From positions 1 through 10,862 of the forward strand of contig JAEOTQ010000208.1 in NCBI GenBank assembly GCA_016839785.1: 10,862 nucleotides of DNA, given 5' to 3'. Under the pieces are notes generated by a model that made no database searches, had not been told where the DNA came from, and saw only the letters and a program-made list of their open reading frames with translations. Source of the DNA: Candidatus Hodarchaeota archaeon. Its GTDB lineage: Archaea; Asgardarchaeota; Heimdallarchaeia; Hodarchaeales; Hodarchaeaceae. Below are positions 7,007 through 10,862 of this stretch, in pieces (positions within the stretch are counted from its first letter, which is position 1; the number at the start of each line of letters is the position of its first letter). Position numbers and translations under genes: made by a program.

Positions 7007-8518
7007 TTGGTAAATGATTTAATTTCAACTCTTGAAATGTCTATCGCTGATGTAAATGCAGATTATCTAGGAGTAAAAAGAATTATTCTAATGGAAAACG
7101 CTGGTAGAGGATTAGCTGAATTTATATGGAAAATCAGTATGGAAGAGGCCATTTCAAATATCATAATCATTGCAGGTAAAGGTGGGAATGGTGGAGATGG
7201 GATGGTAGCAGCACGACATCTCGCCGATAAAGCAAAAGTATCTCTTTATTTAATAGGGGAAAAACAGGATATCAAGAAAGTTTCTACCCGAAAAAATTGG
7301 AAAATTTTAGAGAATATGCCACATTCCCTTAAGTTATATGAAGTGAAAGATTCCGAAGATCTGAAGAAAATAAAATTTAACAAAAAATCAATTATTGTAG
7401 ATGCATTATTTGGAACTGGAGTTTATGGAGAAATTACTGGTCTTTATTCCAAAGTGATTACCACGATCAACTCTCATAGAAATAAAGGAGCGTTGATAAT
7501 TTGTGTAGATACCCCTTCAGGAATTGATCCAAATACTGGTAAAAAAGCCAACGTATTTATTAAGGGTCATTATACTACTGTTTTTCACAAACAAAAACAA
7601 GGTTTAACAGAAGAAAATTCAGGAATGATAAAAATCGTTCCAATTGGAATCCCACCTGAAGCAGAATTTGTCATTGGGCCTGGAGATTTATTAGCGTCAT
7701 CTACTAAAGAAAAATGGGTAAGAAAAGGAGACAAAGGAAAAGTTCTCGTGATAGGAGGAAATGAAAAATATTCTGGGGCCCCAGCTCTAGCTGGTATGGG
7801 AGCTTTACAGGCAGGTTCAGATTTAGTAACAATAGTAGCTCCAGATAAAATTACACCTGCCATTCGTTCATATACTCCAGAGTTTATTGTACAAAGTTAT
7901 CCATCTCCACATTTAACAGTTGAAACCCTACCTTATCAACTAATGGAAGAATATGATTCTATAGTGTTGGGACCTGGATTAGGACGTCATCCTGAAACAC
8001 AAAAAGCTGTGGAAGTAACTCTTGAGTTTGTAAAAAAGCATGAAATTCCGATCGTTATAGATGCAGATGCATTGCATCTAATAAGTCAATCTTACTTATA
8101 CGAGAATGTAATTCTGACACCTCATGCAGGTGAATTCGCTGTTTTGACAGGAACTTCATTACCCGTTGGTTTTACTTCATTCTCAGAAAGGTTAAAGACA
8201 GTACTAAATATAACTAAAAATTCCCCAGCTGTTTGGTTAGTTAAGGGTCCATGGGATATTATATCTAGCCCTGAAAAGTACAAAATTAATAAGTCTGGTG
8301 TGCCTGAAATGTCGCGTGGAGGCACTGGAGATATACTTGCGGGATTGACGGGTAGTTTCGTCAACAATACAGAAGATCTTTGCTATGCCGCTTCGATTGC
8401 AGCCTTCATAAATGGAAAAGCTGGAGAGCTTACACGAAACGATTTCTCATCAATGAATCTACTCGCTAAAATTCCAACAGCAATTCGAACTAGTTGGGAT
8501 TTCATTCTTGCAGATTAG
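7007..8518 (+). CDS. nnr: Bifunctional NAD(P)H-hydrate repair enzyme (NnrE epimerase + NnrD dehydratase)
   Basis: YjeF_N motifs LMENAG, G.GGNGGDG, IVDALFGTG, VDTPSG. YjeF_C motifs KG..GKVLVIGG...YSGAP, GPGLG, VIDADAL, LTPHAGEF, GGTGDILAG. The frame is open from ATG 6974, but TTG 7007 has an SD (AGGTG, 6995-6999) and gives the typical N-terminus. The stop overlaps the tbp stop. Confidence 0.95.
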   Translation: MVNDLISTLEMSIADVNADYLGVKRIILMENAGRGLAEFIWKISMEEAISNIIIIAGKGGNGGDGMVAARHLADKAKVSLYLIGEKQDIKKVSTRKNWKILENMPHSLKLYEVKDSEDLKKIKFNKKSIIVDALFGTGVYGEITGLYSKVITTINSHRNKGALIICVDTPSGIDPNTGKKANVFIKGHYTTVFHKQKQGLTEENSGMIKIVPIGIPPEAEFVIGPGDLLASSTKEKWVRKGDKGKVLVIGGNEKYSGAPALAGMGALQAGSDLVTIVAPDKITPAIRSYTPEFIVQSYPSPHLTVETLPYQLMEEYDSIVLGPGLGRHPETQKAVEVTLEFVKKHEIPIVIDADALHLISQSYLYENVILTPHAGEFAVLTGTSLPVGFTSFSERLKTVLNITKNSPAVWLVKGPWDIISSPEKYKINKSGVPEMSRGGTGDILAGLTGSFVNNTEDLCYAASIAAFINGKAGELTRNDFSSMNLLAKIPTAIRTSWDFILAD

Positions 8519-9114
8519 TTCTGAAACTGCAAACTCTCTGCTTCGAAAGCATCAATTTCCTCAAGAATAGAATAAATCTTGTGAATGGATTGATAAACAT
8601 ATTCTTCTTTCTTAGCACCTGTGCATACCAATTTTCCTGATTGGAAAAGTAGAAGTACTACTTTTGGTTCCTGCATTCGATAAATTAAACCTGGAAATTG
8701 CTCTGGTTCATACATAGAGTGTTCTAATAAGAGCGCGGCTAATTCAAGATTGATCCTCTTGCCGAGCGTTCCAGAAGCAACAATGTTTTGTACCGTTATT
8801 GTAGCCTCATGTTTCACATTGTGCCCTGCTTGTCGTAATAGTTCAGAAATGACTTCAACGGCTTCTTCAATCATCTCTACTGATTTAGCACCAGTAACAA
8901 CGAGTTTTCCTGAAGAGAAAACCAATATTGAAACTTTAGGCTTTTTAATCTTGACTACAACACCAGGAAACTGCTCAGGAATATAAGAAACTTGAACATC
9001 TCCAGGAAGACGGCTTGCTGCTCTTTCAAGCTTAATTTTACAGCGCAAATCTACTGAAGCAACGACATTTTGAACTTCAGCAAATAAATCATCTTTATTT
9101 GACTCATTTGACAT
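8515..9114 (-). CDS. tbp: TATA-box binding protein
   Basis: Two TBP repeats: QNVVAS...Y.PEQFPG...PKVSILVFSSGKLVVTGAKS and QNIVAS...YEPEQFPGLIYRM.EPKVVLLLFQSGKLVCTGAK. The ORF is open from 9126, but ATG 9114 follows an SD (GGTGA, 9124-9120). Confidence 0.98.
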   Translation of the reverse strand: MSNESNKDDLFAEVQNVVASVDLRCKIKLERAASRLPGDVQVSYIPEQFPGVVVKIKKPKVSILVFSSGKLVVTGAKSVEMIEEAVEVISELLRQAGHNVKHEATITVQNIVASGTLGKRINLELAALLLEHSMYEPEQFPGLIYRMQEPKVVLLLFQSGKLVCTGAKKEEYVYQSIHKIYSILEEIDAFEAESLQFQN

Positions 9115-9229
9115 GACAATCACCATCGAAACTAGATTAAGAGCCAGAATACAATGTGAAGAAAAATTAAGGGAAAATCTATTCTTCTAAGAATATATAC
9201 AGACCCTTCTACTTAACAAAAAACCAAAC

Positions 9230-9255
9230 TTATAAGCATTTATAAGGTTTATAAG
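9230..9255. repeat. Three tandem TTATAAG (TATA-like) boxes upstream of tbp
   Basis: TTATAAG occurs at 9230-9236, 9240-9246 and 9249-9255 (spacing 10 and 9 bp). The TTATAA core is palindromic. Confidence 0.7.
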
Positions 9256-9554
9256 CTGAGTTGTGTTTTTTCCTTCATTGATATGAATTGAATAATCGCT
9301 AAACTCTCTATCCTCTATCAAAAACATTATTACTGTCGTCTAATACAATGGTTTATGATTTGAAGCCAAAATTAGTTTTGAATTATTAGAAAGAAATGAA
9401 TTATCTACATAACAACGAATTAATATAAAAAATTTGCAATATTTCGAAGAAATGAACTTTTTACAGATTTTTAAATAATTATTTCAGAATAAAACCACTG
9501 GATTATGTCTGAAAATTGGATCTCTTTTCCAATACCTATTTAAAAGCCTATCCA

Positions 9555-9588
9555 TTATATAAATCCCATTAGAGGTTTCAACTGGAGG
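9555..9588 (+). promoter_or_regulatory. Putative tfb TATA box and Shine-Dalgarno
   Basis: TTATATAAA at 9555-9563 and GGAGG at 9584-9588, 9 nt before CTG 9598. An alternative TATA-like TATTTAAA lies at 9537-9544. Confidence 0.55.
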
Positions 9589-9597
9589 GCAAGTCAA

Positions 9598-10536
9598 CTG
9601 TCGCCACCTGAACAAAAATGTCCCGAATGCGGTAGTAACGATATTGTAATGGACATGACAAAAGGCACTTCAATTTGTGCATCTTGTGGACTTGTTATTG
9701 ATGTACGTATTGATTTAGGTCCTGAGTGGCGTGCTTATAATTCAACCGAACTCCAAGAACGTGCGCGTGCAGGCGGTCCAATTACTCCTCTTAAAGCGGA
9801 AATGGGTCTTCGAACACAAATTGGAAATATAAGGAAGGATATTTCGGGAAGAACGCTTCCATTTTCTTCACAAACTAAATATAGACGCCTTTCTCGCATT
9901 GATAACCGAACAAGAAAATCAGAAATTAGAAATTTACGCTTTGCTTTAAAGGAATTAAAACGAATAAAAAGCCAGCTAGAGTTACCTGAAGATGTAGCTG
10001 AAATGGGAGCGATGATTTATCGAAAAGCATTGAAGAAGAACCTTATCAGAGGTCGTTCTATAGATGGAATGATCGCAGCTAGTTTATACCTTGCCTGTCG
10101 GAAAAAGAAACTCCCTCAAACATTGAAAGATATCGCTTCAGTTTCTAACATTTCCTCCAAAGAACTAGGACGATGTATTCGAATTATCCTTCAAAAATTA
10201 GATCTAAAAGTTAGTCCGAGTGATTATTCAGCGCTTGTTCACCGTCTTGGTATCAATCTTCGTGTTACCATGAGAGCACGTCGACAAGCAGTAAAAATAC
10301 TTAATATTGCTAGATTACGAGGAGCAACAGTCGGTAAAAATCCAATGAGCTTGGCAGCGGCTTCACTCTATATCGCAACAATCCAGACTGGTGAACGAAG
10401 AACACAACAAGAAATCGCTACTGCTGCAAAGATTACTCCTGTTACAATCAGAAACCGATTTAAAGAACTAGTGAAGATTATAGACTCTGAATCCTCAAAA
10501 GATGGTCACGATCCTCTTCAATCACTACTTGTATAA
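9598..10536 (+). CDS. tfb: Transcription initiation factor TFB (TFIIB), probable CTG start
   Basis: Extending the 9649 ORF upstream in frame gives (M)SPPEQKCPECGSNDIVMDMTKGTSICASCG, the complete zinc ribbon. It continues with ID.GPEWRAY (B-reader), two cyclin repeats (LIRGRSI, GKNP..LAAASLY) and the HTH RRTQQEIA...VTIRNR. Confidence 0.95.
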   Translation: MSPPEQKCPECGSNDIVMDMTKGTSICASCGLVIDVRIDLGPEWRAYNSTELQERARAGGPITPLKAEMGLRTQIGNIRKDISGRTLPFSSQTKYRRLSRIDNRTRKSEIRNLRFALKELKRIKSQLELPEDVAEMGAMIYRKALKKNLIRGRSIDGMIAASLYLACRKKKLPQTLKDIASVSNISSKELGRCIRIILQKLDLKVSPSDYSALVHRLGINLRVTMRARRQAVKILNIARLRGATVGKNPMSLAAASLYIATIQTGERRTQQEIATAAKITPVTIRNRFKELVKIIDSESSKDGHDPLQSLLV

Positions 10537-10557
10537 GGTATTACTGATTTAAAAGGG

Positions 10558-10862
10558 TCATGATACATCTTCAACTGATGCAACAATTCCATCCTTAATG
10601 TGAAAGATTCTGTTTGCCTCTTTGGCAATGTTGGAATCGTGAGTGACAAGAATCAATGTTTGATTTTCGGATTTATTCACTTCTTTTAATAAACTCAATA
10701 CAGCTTGTCCCGATTCAGTATCTAAATCTCCAGTTGGTTCATCAGCTAATAATATTGTGGGTTTATTTGCAAGGGATCGTGCAATGGCAACTCTCTGACG
10801 TTCTCCTCCACTTAACTCATCTGGTTTATGGTCTTTTCGTCTCAAAAGATCTACTTTCTCTA
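10558..10862 (-). CDS. ABC transporter ATP-binding protein, LolD/MacB type (5' part outside window)
   Basis: HKPDELSGGERQRVAIARSLAN.P.ILLADEPTGDLD (signature, Walker B, D-loop) and LVTHD (H-loop). The frame stays open to the window edge (…EKVDLLRRK…), so TTG 10845 is not the real start. Confidence 0.93.
   Translation of the reverse strand, partial: EKVDLLRRKDHKPDELSGGERQRVAIARSLANKPTILLADEPTGDLDTESGQAVLSLLKEVNKSENQTLILVTHDSNIAKEANRIFHIKDGIVASVEDVS

Noticed and set aside
4574-8986. ORFs 4574-4816, 5314-5514, 6325-6582, 7585-7863, 8122-8367 and 8750-8986
   Set aside because: All lie inside or antisense to well-supported genes (M50 protease, GT2, nnr, tbp) and have no motifs.
9473-9484. Perfect palindrome AAATAATTATTT
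   Set aside because: Composed only of A/T in a very AT-rich spacer, so it is expected by chance.
1-10862. CRISPR array, IS element, or integrated element at the tRNA
   Set aside because: No repeat-spacer array, transposase, integrase or att duplication seen. The tRNA 3' flank is outside the window.

Overview
AT-rich archaeal chromosomal DNA. The combination of Rpo8, an SmAP3-type Lsm and an RPA14-like gene suggests a TACK/Asgard lineage, leaning Asgard (inference). Most of the window is information-processing genes: tRNA-Leu(GAG) cut by the left edge, rpo8, SmAP3, a stand-alone RPA14/Ten1-like OB-fold gene, tfs, fibrillarin, nop5, and a head-to-head tbp/tfb pair. It also holds a CslA/CesA-like processive GT2 synthase, the NAD(P)HX repair enzyme Nnr, and the 3' end of a LolD/MacB-type ABC ATPase. 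The best candidate new system is a compact three-gene operon (4158-5362): ribbon-helix-helix regulator, site-2 (M50) intramembrane protease, and a two-helix membrane protein with a C-terminal AN1 zinc finger whose N-terminus resembles the protease's own N-terminus. Also notable: the TFB gene has no ATG/GTG/TTG upstream of its zinc ribbon and apparently starts at CTG, the tbp upstream region has three phased TTATAAG boxes, and the tfs leader can fold into a three-way junction over its ribosome-binding site.
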